Below, one piece after another: positions 39,447 to 52,939 of a stretch of DNA of 64,000 nt (position 1 is the first letter of the stretch; each line of letters opens with the position of its first letter). Location: contig OX597840.1 of assembly GCA_951406725.2 (NCBI GenBank), forward strand, positions 14,632,001-14,696,000, given 5' to 3'. The DNA is from Octopus vulgaris. Lineage: Eukaryota. A program made the position numbers and the translations under genes. The notes under the pieces were generated by a model that worked only from the letters and a program-made list of their open reading frames with translations, did not search any database and was not told the origin of the DNA.

Positions 39447-39995
39447 TATCAGGTCGCTAAGAATGAAATGTCTGACTTTGAACTGAAAATTTTATTTTAT
39501 TTTATCTCAACAAAAAGCAATGCAGTTAATCAAAGTATGAATGGTTGAATGTCCAAATCCAAGCTTCTCTGCTAGTTTCTCAACAGATACAATGGGATTT
39601 TGTTCCACCAGGGATTGCAGGACATCCTCATCAAATTCTACAGATCTTCCAGGACAAGGCTCGTCTTCTAGGCTATAGTTTCCAGCTTGGATTTTCTGGA
39701 ACCACCATTGATACTGGCTTATGCTTATTACGATCCCCATATACTGCATTAATATTCCAAGCACTTTCCGTTGCATTGTTACCTTTATTGAACTCATGAA
39801 GCAAAATATGTTGAATATGCTCCTTTGTCACTTTCATTATAGCTGTAAAAAAATAACTGTTAAAATCAAACTGCACCTTTCAAAACTTGCACTAAGAATA
39901 AGTACAAGGTAAAATTACTACCTGCTTTTATAGCAAGTTAATGCAGGTAATTTATCCTGCCTCCTCTGACTTTTAGTTCGTGCAATTGAAAAACA
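39447..39995 (-). mobile_element. Internally deleted mariner (Tc1/mariner) element
   Basis: MKVTKEHIQHILLHEFNKGNNATESAWNINAVYG and WFQKIQAGNYSLEDEPCPGRSVEFDEDVLQSLVEQNP...LAEKLG match Mos1/SETMAR-type HTH domains; frameshifted; no DDD domain; TA plus TIR-like tcaggtcgctaagaatgaaatg at 39447. Confidence 0.9.
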
Positions 39996-40354
39996 GTATA
40001 TATAGATATTGGCATGTAAAAAGCACCTTTCAAGCATTGGGCCTCACAAGAGCAATGACAAATGACAAATGATCTTTGGCAATAAGATGTGCTTGAGTAA
40101 AAGACCCATCAAGCCAAGTGATATCATAATCGTGACAGATCCTGGTGTCACACAACTGGCACCTGTGCTGGTGGTGCATAAAAGCACCCATTACAGTCTC
40201 AGAGTGGTTGGTGTCAGGAAGGGCATCCAACTGTAGAAACGATGCCAAATCAGACTGGAGTCTGGTGCAGCCCCTCAGCTTACCAGCCCTGGTCAAAGAA
40301 AAGAAACCTATGCCAGCATGGACAACGGACATTAAATGATGATGGTGATGATGA

Positions 40355-40393
<39 letters not shown>

Positions 40394-40728
40394 CATACAT
40401 ATATTTGCACACACATTAACCGAAATATATGTATACTGACACATGATTTTATATATATATATATATAATGTAGATATGTATGCATGTATGTATGTATATG
40501 AATATTCAATTCCTTTGGTTTGGCTCAAACTGATTCCTATTTTAAGCTTCATTTGCATTTCTTTTTATAATTCCAATTGTGATTGGCCATGAAATGGAAC
40601 TCTCACTTAACACTGTGTAATTGTACAGGCATACATTATATACATACATACATACATACATGCATACATATTTGCATATATATATATGTATATATATATA
40701 TATATGCATATATGTATGTATATATGCA

Positions 40729-40765
<37 letters not shown>

Positions 40766-41889
40766 ATATGAATAATGCACATCTCCAGCTCATATATTTG
40801 TCAGTCCATCCATCTTTCTTCATCCCTGCTCTCTCTCTCTTTCTCTCTCTCTGAAACCAAATTCCTCAACTACACAATCATGCTTCTACAGACTTACCAT
40901 AATATATGCCATGTTTTTCCAATAAAATGCATAACATCTGTAAATTCACAAAATTTCACAAAGAATTCAGAAAAAAAAAACAAAGGAAAAAAAGATCTTA
41001 GTCATGTTTTTATCACCAAATACATTTAAGAACTACTGCTCTCCAGTTACACACACACATACACACTCATGGATACACATGTACATTCATATACTCACAT
41101 GTGTACCAACCTATACACACATACACACACACTCATATACACATTCGTGGATACACATATATACTCATATACTAACATGTATACCAACACACGCACGCAC
41201 AAGCATGCAATACACACACATGCTCATTCGACTCCACACACACACATACTCATATATACGCATGCATATACATAAACACACTGCAAATCTGTAATTATTG
41301 CATTTATCGTACAATCGCAATATTCAACACACCATTTATGTATGTTTAAAAAATACATTTTACAAAGAGATTTTTATCATCTTTCTGTTTTAAAAATTAA
41401 TACTTATTTGTCTACAAAGCTGAAAAGTGATTTTATTATCATAACGACCAAACCACACCATCGTTAATGACAGTAAATATATTTATCTTTCTTAAATGTG
41501 TGGAAGAAACTAATAATAGCAATAATAATAATAATGATATTAATAATAATAATAATCATAATGGTAGTAATAATAATAATAGCAATAATAATGATGATGG
41601 TGAAGTTAATATACAAAAAACTAAATTTGTTTTTTACTCACAGGTATTTGTCAAGCACACAGACATACACACACATGCATGTATAACTGTGTGAGCATGT
41701 GCAAGTGTGTGTGTCTCTGTGTGTGTGTGTATGTAAATATATGTATACAAATATATATCTATGCATGTATATATGTATATATATACATATATATCATCAT
41801 CGTTTATATGTATGTACATATACAAGTGTATATATGTATACATATGTATATATGTGTATGTGTATATACATGTGTGTGTGTGTGTGTAT

Positions 41890-42270
41890 TACATAAATGG
41901 AGAATGCATACATGGGATAATATACTTATTATGATAGTCAATTCATGTTGCCTGTGCACGTTTCGGTTCCTTACTTAAATCCATATTTATGCAATTAAAT
42001 TTCATTATGAATTTGGAAAAGCAAAAACCTTCATCAGGACAAAAATTGACTGCTAACAAGGTAAAAACTGACTGTTATTTTTACCTTGATAAGAGTCAAT
42101 TTTTGTCCTGATGAAGGTTTTTGCTTTTCCAAATTCATAATGAAATTTAATTGCATAAATATGGATTTAAGTAATAAACCAAGATGCATGTAGGCAACAT
42201 TAATTGTTTATCATAATAAGCATATTCATTATTTCATTATTTCATGTATGCATTTTCCATATTCTTTGTA
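41890..42270. mobile_element. Penelope-type fold-back hairpin with a hammerhead motif in both arms
   Basis: 41971-42051 is a perfect 81-bp inverted repeat of 42094-42174; arm consensus ttgtc-CTGATGA-a-ggtt..aacc-GAAA-cgcgcg-TA-ggcaa. Confidence 0.75.
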
Positions 42271-42519
42271 ATGTTAAAATTTTTCTCCTATATTGAAACA
42301 ATGGAAACATCTATAGCAACAACTGGAATTTCAAAAGTGTAAGGTACTAAAATTGAAGGAGAACCAATGATAAGCACTAGTACTTTTGCACATCTGGAAT
42401 TTCCTGTATTGTTAATTGATATAGAGCTAAACAGGTGTATGCTTGGATAAATATCCCTAGGAAAGAACAACCTCTTTTCACACGGACTTATATATATATA
42501 TATATATATATATATAGGA

Positions 42520-42772
42520 GGATATAATTATAGTTAAGGGGTACTGGAAATGACCAAGACTAGAAATAGGTGTCAAACACCTACTATCTACTCTACAATT
42601 TGTTCTCTATATTCAGCCACAGGTATGAACGCGAGCGAATGAGCAAGAAAATACAAAAAATATTGGATAATATTTTATCCAATATTGAATAATATTTATC
42701 CAATATATATATCCAATATTTCTAGTGTTGGCACTGGTCTTTTCCAGTAGCCGTTAACTATAATTATATTGT
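42520..42772. repeat. Short inverted-repeat element next to (TA)n
   Basis: atataattatagttaaggggtactggaaatgacca versus tggtcttttccagtagccgttaactataattatat. Confidence 0.6.
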
Positions 42773-42956
42773 TATAATTATATACATAAAAAAAAAATTA
42801 ATGTTACCTATACTGTCATTTTTAAGTGTTAGGCAACGGATATAATCATTTCATGATTATATCCTTATCTTATAAATAAGTAAATAAATAACTATATAGT
42901 ACGTTTAAATATTTGTTGTGCAAGATTTTTTATGTGAAGTTGTGTGTTGAAACAGA

Positions 42957-43407
42957 TATTGTTATATTTCGGAATGGTCATATTGCCAGTTTAGCCAATA
43001 AAAACACACGCACTATATATTTGGTGTTACTTTGCTTCAGTGTTATTTATTTTTTACATTAATCTTAATCTTATTTTGGCCAGAGTTTTTTCGTCACACT
43101 CCTGTGACCGCATCAGTGGTCCTTTGCTTTCTTCTTACTTAATTGTGTCTCTCTCCTTACTAACCGTTGGCCATTTTGTATTTCTCAAAATGGCTGACGG
43201 TTAGTAAGGAGAGAGACACAAATAAGAAAGAAGAAAGCAAAGGACCACTGATGTGGTCACAGGAGTGTGACGAAAGAACTCTGGCTGAAATACGATTAAG
43301 ATTAATGTAAAAAATAAATAACACTGAAGCAAAGTAACACCAAATATATAGTGCGTGTGTTTTTATTGGCTAAACTGGCAATATGACCATTCCGAAATAT
43401 AACAATA
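42957..43407. mobile_element. Penelope-type fold-back (~220-bp arms, 7-nt loop) with variant hammerhead at 43245-43284
   Basis: Near-perfect palindrome centred on 43179-43185; cca-CTGATG(T/C)G-gtcaca ggag tgtgac-GAAA-gaac-TC-tgg. Confidence 0.75.
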
Positions 43408-43552
43408 ATAAATATATATATATATATATTATCCATAATAATAAAAGGTAAAATTAATTAATTAAATGATAATTAATTATTTTACCAAGTAGTTCGGTAT
43501 GTTAAAAGAACCATTATCAGTAAACTTACACACAAAATTCTATAAATATGAG

Positions 43553-43874
43553 TATAATTATAATTAGGGTTCAGCAAAAATTTGCTTCACCACATACCGA
43601 AATTTAAAAATCGCAGTTAAAACTAACTATTTCACTACCATAAGAAAATCTCATAGATAGCAATACTCAACAACCCACGCAGGTAAAGAGAGAAAAAAAA
43701 ACTAATGAATCAAAGCCGGGTGGATTCTTTTTTTTCTCTCTTTACCTGCGTGGGTTGTTGAGTATTGCTATCTGGGAGATTTTCTTATGGTAGTGAAATA
43801 GTTAGTTTTAACTGCTATTTCTAAATTTCGGTATGTGGTGAAGCAAATTTTGCTGAACCCTGATTATAATTATA
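43553..43874. repeat. Fold-back hairpin with ~145-bp arms
   Basis: tataattataattagggttcagc... versus ...gctgaaccctgattataattata; no convincing hammerhead core. Confidence 0.85.
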
Positions 43875-43917
43875 TATATACCGGAGTTTTGTTGAATTTT
43901 CTGTTGCTTTAAATAAA

Positions 43918-43957
<40 letters not shown>

Positions 43958-46900
43958 ACACACATATATATATGTGTGTGTATGTGTGTATGCATTTAAA
44001 TATGAGAGAAGGTGCATGGCTGAGTAGTTAGAGCATCAAGCTTATGATCATAAGGTTGTGAGTTCAATTCCTGGACCGGACCAAGTGTTGTGTTCTTGAG
44101 CAAGACTTTTTATTTCATGTTCCTCCAGTTCACTCAGCTGTAGAAATGAGTTGCGATGTCACTGGTGCCAAGCTGTATTGGCCTTTGCCTTTCCCTTGGA
44201 TAACATCGGTGGCATGGAGAGGGGAGACCGGTATGCATGGGCGACTGCTGGTCTTCCATAAAAACAACCCTTGGTTGTGCATTATTTGTCAGTGAAGCAA
44301 CTTTCTGCCCAGACTTGTACCTCAGAGGGGAACCTCTTGGGTGCATCCATGGTCATTCGTGACCGATGGAGTGGAGGCACCTGTGTCGGTGGCACGTAAA
44401 AAGCACCCACTACACTCATGGAGTGGTTGGCGTTAGGAAGGGCATCCAGCTGTAGAAACACTGCCAGGTCAGACTGGGCCTAGCACAGCGTTCTGGCTTC
44501 CCAGACCCCAGTTGAACTGTCCAACCCATGCTAGTATGGAAAACGGACGTTAAACGATGATGATGATGATGATGATGATAGGTGTAACATCTTGTTTAAC
44601 GTCCATCTTCCACGCTGAGATGGGTGGGATGGCTTGACCGGAGCTGGCCAGATATATGTATATGTATATATATGTATATATTTTCAAATTCCACCAAGAT
44701 CGACTTTGACTTTCATTCTTTTGGGGTTGATAAATTTAGTACCAGTGAAACTCTGGGGTCGATGTAATCGACGAGTCCCCCCCCCAAAAAAAAAATTTGA
44801 GGCCTTGTGCCTCCAGTAGAAAGGATGTATTTATATGTGTGTGTGCATACGTATATGTATGAATCTGTGTATATGTATGTGCTTTTTATGAGCACATATA
44901 TGTATATGTATATGCTTTTTTTGAGGGGTGAGCATTAGCTTTATGTACAACTGTGTATGCATGTCTAGGCATATCTGTATATACATGTATGTGTAAATAT
45001 ATTCATATACATGTGTGTGTGTGTTTGAATATGTCCATATTGTCTGTCTGAACCAATAACCTCCATGCATTTTATTGGAGTTCTTTTTTATGCCCATATA
45101 CTTGTGGCTACATGTGTGTGTATATATATGGTTTTATGTGTGACTAAAAAACATGTGTCAAAATCTAAATGTGCCTATGCATGTATATGTTGTGAGTGTG
45201 TCTCTATGTTTGAAGTATGCGTCTTTGTATATGTATGTGTATGTGTATGTCTGCATGTCACTATCTGCGTGTGTACTTATGTTTGTGTCTGTGTGTGTGT
45301 GTGTATACACACACATACATGTGTGTGTGTGTGTATGTGTGTGTCTACCTTTCTATGTTGTGTGTGTGTGTGTGCCAGCCAATAATATCAGTTTTCTAAA
45401 GCAATCTTGTTAGTTTATGGAAATAACCAACAGCTGGTCAGTCTGCAAAGAATAAAAACAATTAAATTATGCATTATTTGGTACATTCGCTTTGGAATCT
45501 TAATCACTTTGATGTGTAATATGTTGTGATGACTACAAAACATTTTCTAAAATATTATGCAAAAATATTAAATTGTGTGAGGTTTAGGATGCCATGCTGT
45601 AGGATTGAACCTGGGACCCTCACATAGGGAAGCAAATATCTTACCACATTTCTTCCTTCAAATCCTTTTAATCCGTTTCTTTCCATTGTGTGTGTGTGTG
45701 TGTGCAAGTGTTTCTGTATATATGTGTGTTTATGTATATATATCTGTGTGCACGCATGTATGTGTGTCTATGTATATATGTATGTGCGTTTATCTATATG
45801 TGTGTGCATGTGTGTGTGTCTATGTATGTTTATATATATATGTGTGTGTGTCTCCTTGTCTTGATATCACATGATAGTTGTAAATGAGTGTCACTGTCTT
45901 ACATGTGGTGTCATTCATTTCCAATCTTCTACAAAAACATGTCTGGCCTTGAAGAAATATTCCCTTGCTTGGAAACAGCTTCTTCAAGCCAGAAACGTAA
46001 TGTGAATGCTTGCAACAGAATGAACACTGCCAGAAAGGGTGCCAAAAGTGTCAAGTGGCGATGTTTGGGTGGATGATGGGTAAAAATCTATCACCGAAGT
46101 AATCCCTAATGGGATTTGAACTCGAAATGTAGTGAGATGGAACAAATACTGGAAGATATCTGGTTTGTTGTCTTTACACTTCTATCTGTTTACTGCCTTG
46201 AATTGGTAGATTTCTTCTTTTTTATATTGGCCCTAAAATGCAAAGATGACCTCAGCAGGATTTGAACTCAGAGAGTCAGATGTCAAAACAAATACCATGA
46301 GGCATTCTACAGATCACCATTTCACACTCGTAGTTTATTTATCAACCTCCAGAAGGATGAGAGGCAATGTTTGACTTAGCAGGATTTGAACTCCAGACAC
46401 AGGAATACAACTCAGCACTCAAACATTCCAACAGTTCAGTGAATCAATAAGCATCACATTTGGAAGAATAGTATGAATGCTTTAGGGTTAAAGACTTTAA
46501 AAAAAAAAAAAAAATTAAAGGATGAGTGGACCGTAGCAGGATTTGAACCCTAAATGAAGAGAGCCAAATAATTTAATATATTCTTTTCTACTCTAGGCAC
46601 AAAACCTGTAATTTTTGGGGAGTGGGGTCAGTCAATTAGATCGACTCCAGTACACAACTGGCATTTAATTTATCAGCCTCGAAAGGATGAAAAGCAAAGT
46701 TGACCTCGGCAGAATTTGAACTCAGAATGTAAAGACAGACTAAACATTTCACTGCTAAGCATTTCACCCGGTGTGCTAACGTTTCTGCCAGCTCACTGTC
46801 TTTAATATTCTTTTCTACTCTAGGCACAAGGCTCGAAATTTTGGGAGAATGGGGTCAGTCAATTAGATCGACTCCAGTACACAACTGGTATTTAATTTAT

Positions 46901-47344
46901 CGGCCTTGAAAGGATGAAAAGCAGAGTTGACCGTGGCAGAATTTGAACTCAGAATGTAAAGACAGACGAAATACTGCTAAGCATTTCACCCAGCATGCTA
47001 ACGTTTCTGCCAGCTCGCAGCCTTATATAATTTAATATATTCTATTTCAGCCCTTCTCTTCCCACAACACTGTCTTAATCATAAGTAATCATTAAAATCT
47101 TACAAAAGTTGGCAAACTGGCAGAATCATTAGCATGCTGGGCAAAATGCTTAGCAGCCTAACATCTGTCTTCATGTTCTGGATTCAAATTCCATCAAGGT
47201 TGACTTGGTTTTTCATTCTTTCAGGGTCAATAAAACAAGTACCAGTTGAATCTTGGATGGCGGGTGGTGGGGTCAATGTAATCGACTTAGCCCCTCTCCT
47301 GAAATCTCTGGCCTTATGCCTAAATTTGACATTATTACCAAAAT

Positions 47345-47451
47345 CTAATGAGTTTTATGTTTTAATTCTTTGTTGTTGATTTTGTTCTTGTTTCTATTTC
47401 ATTTCAAATAATGTGTTTTATTTTTGCCTTTGTTTCTTTTTCCAGGTAAGT
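47345..47451 (+). promoter_or_regulatory. Candidate recursive splice site (zero-length exon) CAG|GTAAGT
   Basis: ctaat at 47345, no AG from ~47353 to 47443, tttttgcctttgtttctttttcCAG followed directly by consensus donor GTAAGT (47446-47451). Confidence 0.6.
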
Positions 47452-49057
47452 GACTTTTACAAAGAATTGTTGCCATTTGAACACACCGTAAGGACACCTC
47501 TTGCCCAGTTGTTGTTTAGGCCATCAGGCCATTCTTGATTAAAGCAGCAGACTTTTTGGTAACAGCCATTCCAGCCATGACCAACCTGTCATTGTTTAAG
47601 GTATGATGTATCTAAGACTACAATCTCCTAGAATCATATTTCTCTCCATATTTGAAGGTGGGGATGTGGTGAAGAGGATGAGTTACTTTTAGGTCATAGA
47701 TTTGATCCAAACATTTGCAACAGAATGAGCTCTGCAAATGTTACCCAAGGAGGGTCAGTTTTGGAGGGCTTCAGATAAGTGATGGCTTTAGTACACCACC
47801 CAAGAACATTCAAGGATGGTACCCACCAACAGTCTCCCACACTATTTCTGTCTATAAAATTCCACTCATAAAGTTTAGCTTTAGCCAAAGCTATGGCAGA
47901 AAACATTTTCCCAAAGTGACATGCAATGAGATTGAACCTGGTCCGCATGGGTGTAACACAAACTCCTTAACTGCACAACCTTGCCTGTTGCTCCATCTAC
48001 AGTCTTTAACTCATGTATCATACATCCATCCAGATCAGGTGATTTTCCCTGGCCAATGTAAATCTTCCATGCCATATGTCTGGTCTGGATTTTAATCACA
48101 TTGGTCTTTCATTCACTGAAATATCTCATCTGCAGATGCTATGGATACAGATGAGGAGAACAGTTCACTAAGTGACCTGGTTGATCCTGACTGTTGACAG
48201 TTTGTTATCTTGCTCATCTTCTCAGCCTCTTGTGATATTTGTTATTGGTCTCAATAAATTCATCTGCTGAAATAGTTTATGCTTCACAACTAGTGATGGT
48301 GTTTTTTTACTCTTTTACTTGTTTCAGTCATTTGACTGTGGCCATGTTTGAGCACCACCTTTAGTCAAACAAATTCTTTCCCCGAACTTATTCTTTGTAA
48401 GCTTAACACTTATTCTGTCTTGTTTGCCAAACTGCTATGTAAACTCACTAACATCAGTTGTCAAGCGATAGCAAGGGACTAACAGGCACACAAACATATA
48501 CATACATATATATATATATATGTGTATATATGATGGGCTTCTTTTAGTTTCCATCTACCAAATCCACTCACAAGGCTATGGTTGTCCTGAGGCTATAGTA
48601 GAAGACACTTGCCCAAGGTACACAGAGTGGGACTGAACCTGAAACAATGTGGTTGAGAAGCAAGCTTCTTACCACACTGCCACACCTCTGCTTATGTCCC
48701 TGTAACTTAGCGGCTCAACAAAGCAGACCAAGAGAATAAGTACTGGGCTTTAAAAATAAAGTACTGGAGTTCATTCATTTGACTAAGACTCCTTTCAAGT
48801 GGTGCCCAAGCATGACCACAGTCTAATGACTGACACAAGTAAAAGATCCTCCATGCTGCATCTGATGATTTCAATGTATCCATGACTTATATGCAAATAA
48901 TGTGAAAACTATGTGCTGGTATGCTGGAACGATGCCTACTTAAGAGTAAATTGAAATATTAAAAAGAAGCAGCGTTAGTGTAATAAACATTATCGACCAC
49001 ATATACTTAACATATATATGCTATTTAATCCATAATTACACTATCATTATTATTATT

Positions 49058-49612
49058 GAGTGAGAGAGCAGTTCATGCCATCAAAGTGACACTGGGGTAA
49101 AATATACGAAGCCCAGTATACCCATCATGACTAGCCGTCTGATAAGGGTACACCAGGCACATGCATCACAAACATGTGTGCGATATGGTGATCTCATATC
49201 AAGATAAACAGCACATGACCTTGCAGGTGGGGCCCAGTTAGAATTTTCTTCAGGTTGAGTAGCCCATCCCGCTCAAAAGGTCCCTGAATAAGGGTTGTTT
49301 AAGGATGTTGAAAGAACCACCCATGTTTCCAGAGGTGAATTATTAAAACCTCAAAGAATTCCTCTCAACACATGGCTATGATGCTCCCCCACTACTTCTG
49401 CTCGTGATCAGAGATGCACATATCGCCAGCCACTAAGGGACATGCTCAACTGGTTAAGGTCAAACAACTGACAAGCAAATCTGTGGTATTGAGCAGAATA
49501 TTTGCTGTAGCCCATCTTTTATACCAAGACAAAACAATGTACATGATAACACTTCCAATCAGTTAAGATCAGAAGCCATATGAGAGCCACTGCCTGGTAC
49601 TGCATCAGGGCA
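49058..49612 (-). mobile_element. Full-length copy of the (AAT)n-associated ~550-bp element
   Basis: Reverse complement of 4517-5067, flanked by (ATT)n on both sides. Confidence 0.85.
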
Positions 49613-49630
49613 TTTATTATTATTATTATA

Positions 49631-49659
<29 letters not shown>

Positions 49660-49665
<6 letters not shown>

Positions 49666-50262
49666 GTCTGACTTTTGCTTTGTATTATTGCAAGTTGACT
49701 CCAAGTCTCACCCAGGTACCTCAAGAGATGACAAGTGAGAAGTTCATCTTGGTGTTATGCTTAGGGTGTCATATATTTGGTGTTGTACATAATATTGCTC
49801 AAGAGGTGGAGGCACATGGCTTAGTCGTTAGAGAAGTGGACTAACGGTCAAGGGATTGTGGGTTCGAATCTCTGACCAGGCAATGTGTGTGCTTATGAAT
49901 GAAATGCCTAAGCTCCATGCGTCTCCAGCAGAAGGTAATGGCGAACTTCTGCTGCCTCTTTCGCCACAACTTTCTCTCACTCTGTCCTCCTGCAACTTGC
50001 CGCTCACCTGCAACAACACTGTGTCCCATCCAGGTGGGGAACCTATACGCCAAGGAGACCGGGAAACCGGCCCTAATGAGCTAGGCATGGCTTGAGAAGG
50101 AACAAGAATTGCTCCAGAGAATGTTTAAGAAAACATGAGACAATTATGAGTTTATTTCAAAATTTGAGATTAAATAGACAGTAGTTTACATAGGATATAG
50201 GCAGTTCCCATGAGCATTATCTTTTGAATTTTTGCCATTTTGGGGTTTCCTGGTACCTGAGA
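49660..50262 (-). mobile_element. 3' end of an R4/Dong-like LINE interrupted by SINE D
   Basis: Minus strand VPGNPKMAKIQKIMLMGTAYILCKLLSI* resembles the R4 C-terminus; (AAT)n tail; the SINE is flanked by TSD-like attgctcaagag / attgctccagag. Confidence 0.7.
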
Positions 50263-51188
50263 AAAATGAAATCATTATTATTATTATTATTGTCGTCATT
50301 ATTATTATTATCATCAGCATCAGCATCATTATTATTATCATTATTATTATTGTTCTTCTTCTTCTTCTTCATTTCCAGTAATCTTATTGCATACTTCCAC
50401 TGCACTCTCGTAGTGCATTTCTGCACTATTATCATGTATATCATTTTATTGTTATTTTCTCTGTATATCCTTTTGTCCTGGCTGTTCTCTCTATAAGTTG
50501 TTTCAGTATAGCAGTTAATGGTGCTGCCGCTTATGGGAAACACTGATCTGTGTCTCTCAAAATCTGTATTATTCTGTAAAAGTCATCTAGCATATGGTAA
50601 ATACATGTAAGGTTATACCTATCTGAAGAAATTTGATAACATTGGAACATGTCTGGACTCATCTCCCTTATATAGAATTATTCATTCATGCAAATGATTT
50701 ATTTTTTTCTTCATTACAGACATAATTAACTTTGTTAAGTAAAAATTTTTGAATTCCAGCTCACAGAATTTACCTAATTATGTGGATATGTATTGTGTAG
50801 CTGTATACGTGTGTATGTGTACTGCTGAGTGGAAATGTGTATGTATTTGTGTGTGTGTGTGTGTATCTTTGCTTCTATACATATCTTCATTTCTACACAT
50901 ACATGTTTATGCAGAGTTGGTCACAGGTGTATACATGCCTGCATGTATGTATGTGCCTGTGTGTGTGTATGAATCTGTATGTGTATGTCCTGTGTGTGTA
51001 TATGAATCTGTATGACTATGAGTGTATTTGAGTCTCCCTTCGTGTGTTAGTGTGTGTGTATGAGTTTGTGTATTATGTTCCTCTGTGTGTATATGTGTGT
51101 GTGAAACAGTATATAAATATATATATGTGTGTGTGTGCATGTGTAATTTGTATTAGCAAATATATATATATATATATATGTATGTGTA

Positions 51189-51235
<47 letters not shown>

Positions 51236-52939
51236 ACTTATTCGTGAGAGATTATCAGTTCAGGCAAAACACTTTATAAGCTCTCTGTTAAAATACTAGG
51301 CTAACAGTATTGGTTAGATTAGGATAGAACTCTGCATCTTCTTGTAGCAGGGTCCTATGTTATAGTTTATCACTATTCTATATTGTAAATCCGTGGTTGG
51401 GTTCCAGTTATACCAGTTTTTACACAGAGTGATGCGCAAGAGAAAGCATATATAAGGGTTATTACATATTTTTCTACAATAAAGAAAAATGTATATAATG
51501 ACCATTATTAATGCCTTGTCTTGTATAATATTTATATAGATATCTATACATATATGGCTGTGTGGTAAGTAACTTGCTTACCAACCACAAGGTTCTGGGT
51601 TCAGTCCCACTGCGTGACACCTTTCACAAGTGTCTTCTACTATAGCCTCGGGCTGACCAAAGCCTTGTGAGTGGATTTGGTAGATGGAAACTGAAAGAAG
51701 CCCATCGTATATATGTATATATATGTTTGTGTGTCTGTGTTTGTCCCCCCAACATAACTTGACAACCGATGCTGGCGTGTTTACGTCCCTGTAACTTAGT
51801 GGTTCAGCAAAAGAGACCAATAGAATAAGTACTAGGCTTACAAAGAATAAGTCCTGTGGTCGATTTGCGTGACTAAATGCGGTGCTCCAGCATGGCTGCA
51901 GTCAAATGACTGAAAAGAGTATATATATGTACACAAATTCGCATGCACGCACACACACACACACACATGCACTCAAATTCACATGTGTGTCTGTGTATGT
52001 GTGTGTGTAAGATTACACATATACATATAATTAAGGAAGAGAAATAGGTATTCAATTCATGCTGCATATGTTTCAGTGTCATGGCAATTTAAAGGTGGTA
52101 AGCTGGCAGAAACATTAGTACACAGGCCAAAATGCTTAGCGGTATTTCATCTGTCTTTATGTCCTGAATTCAAATTCCGCTGAGGTCGACTTTGCCCTTC
52201 ATCCTTTCAGGGTCGATAGATTAAGTACCGGTTGTGTACTAGGGTTGATCTAATTGACTAGCCCTCTCCTCCCAAAACTTTTGGGCCTTGTGCCTAGAGT
52301 AGAAAAGAATATCATTGAAATTTCTTTTCACTCATTGTATTACATCATTATTTTATGTGCTAAATTGTCTGCCATCTCATCAGGCATCTTTGACCCATTT
52401 GAAGACAAAAATAAAGAAAGATCAATCTGCAAAGAAAATGCTGTCCCTAGAAATATCAGGAGACTGCTATTGGTATCACTGTTTAGGTATTCTACAACTG
52501 AGTATCTTTTGAGCTAGTTGATAAGTAGCTGATATGCCTCCAGCCAAAGAAGTCCTTCTGCTGCCAAGTAATCATTAAATTAAATACAACACCATTAAAG
52601 CAGACATACAAGAAGAAAAAGGAAACAATAATATATATATAATATTATTAAGTAAGAAAATGGTGAGATTTAATGGTTATAAATTAATTTATTAACAATT
52701 GTATCAATTCACACTCAAATAATCACAAGATTATAGAATAAAATAAGTTTGCATTTTGAAGATTTGGAGTAAATCTTCAAAATGCAAAGATAGTCAAAAA
52801 GAAAAGATTTGGGACAGTAATAGAAGAGTTGAAACAGTGTATCATAGCAGTTACAGGCAAGCTCTCCATCATCATCATCATTTAGCGTCCGCTTTCCATG
52901 CTAGCATGGGTTGGACCATTATCAACCGAATAGATTATT

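Noticed and set aside
50675-50745. Good acceptor ttttttcttcattacAG
   Set aside because: All three frames stop within 8 codons and no clear donor follows.
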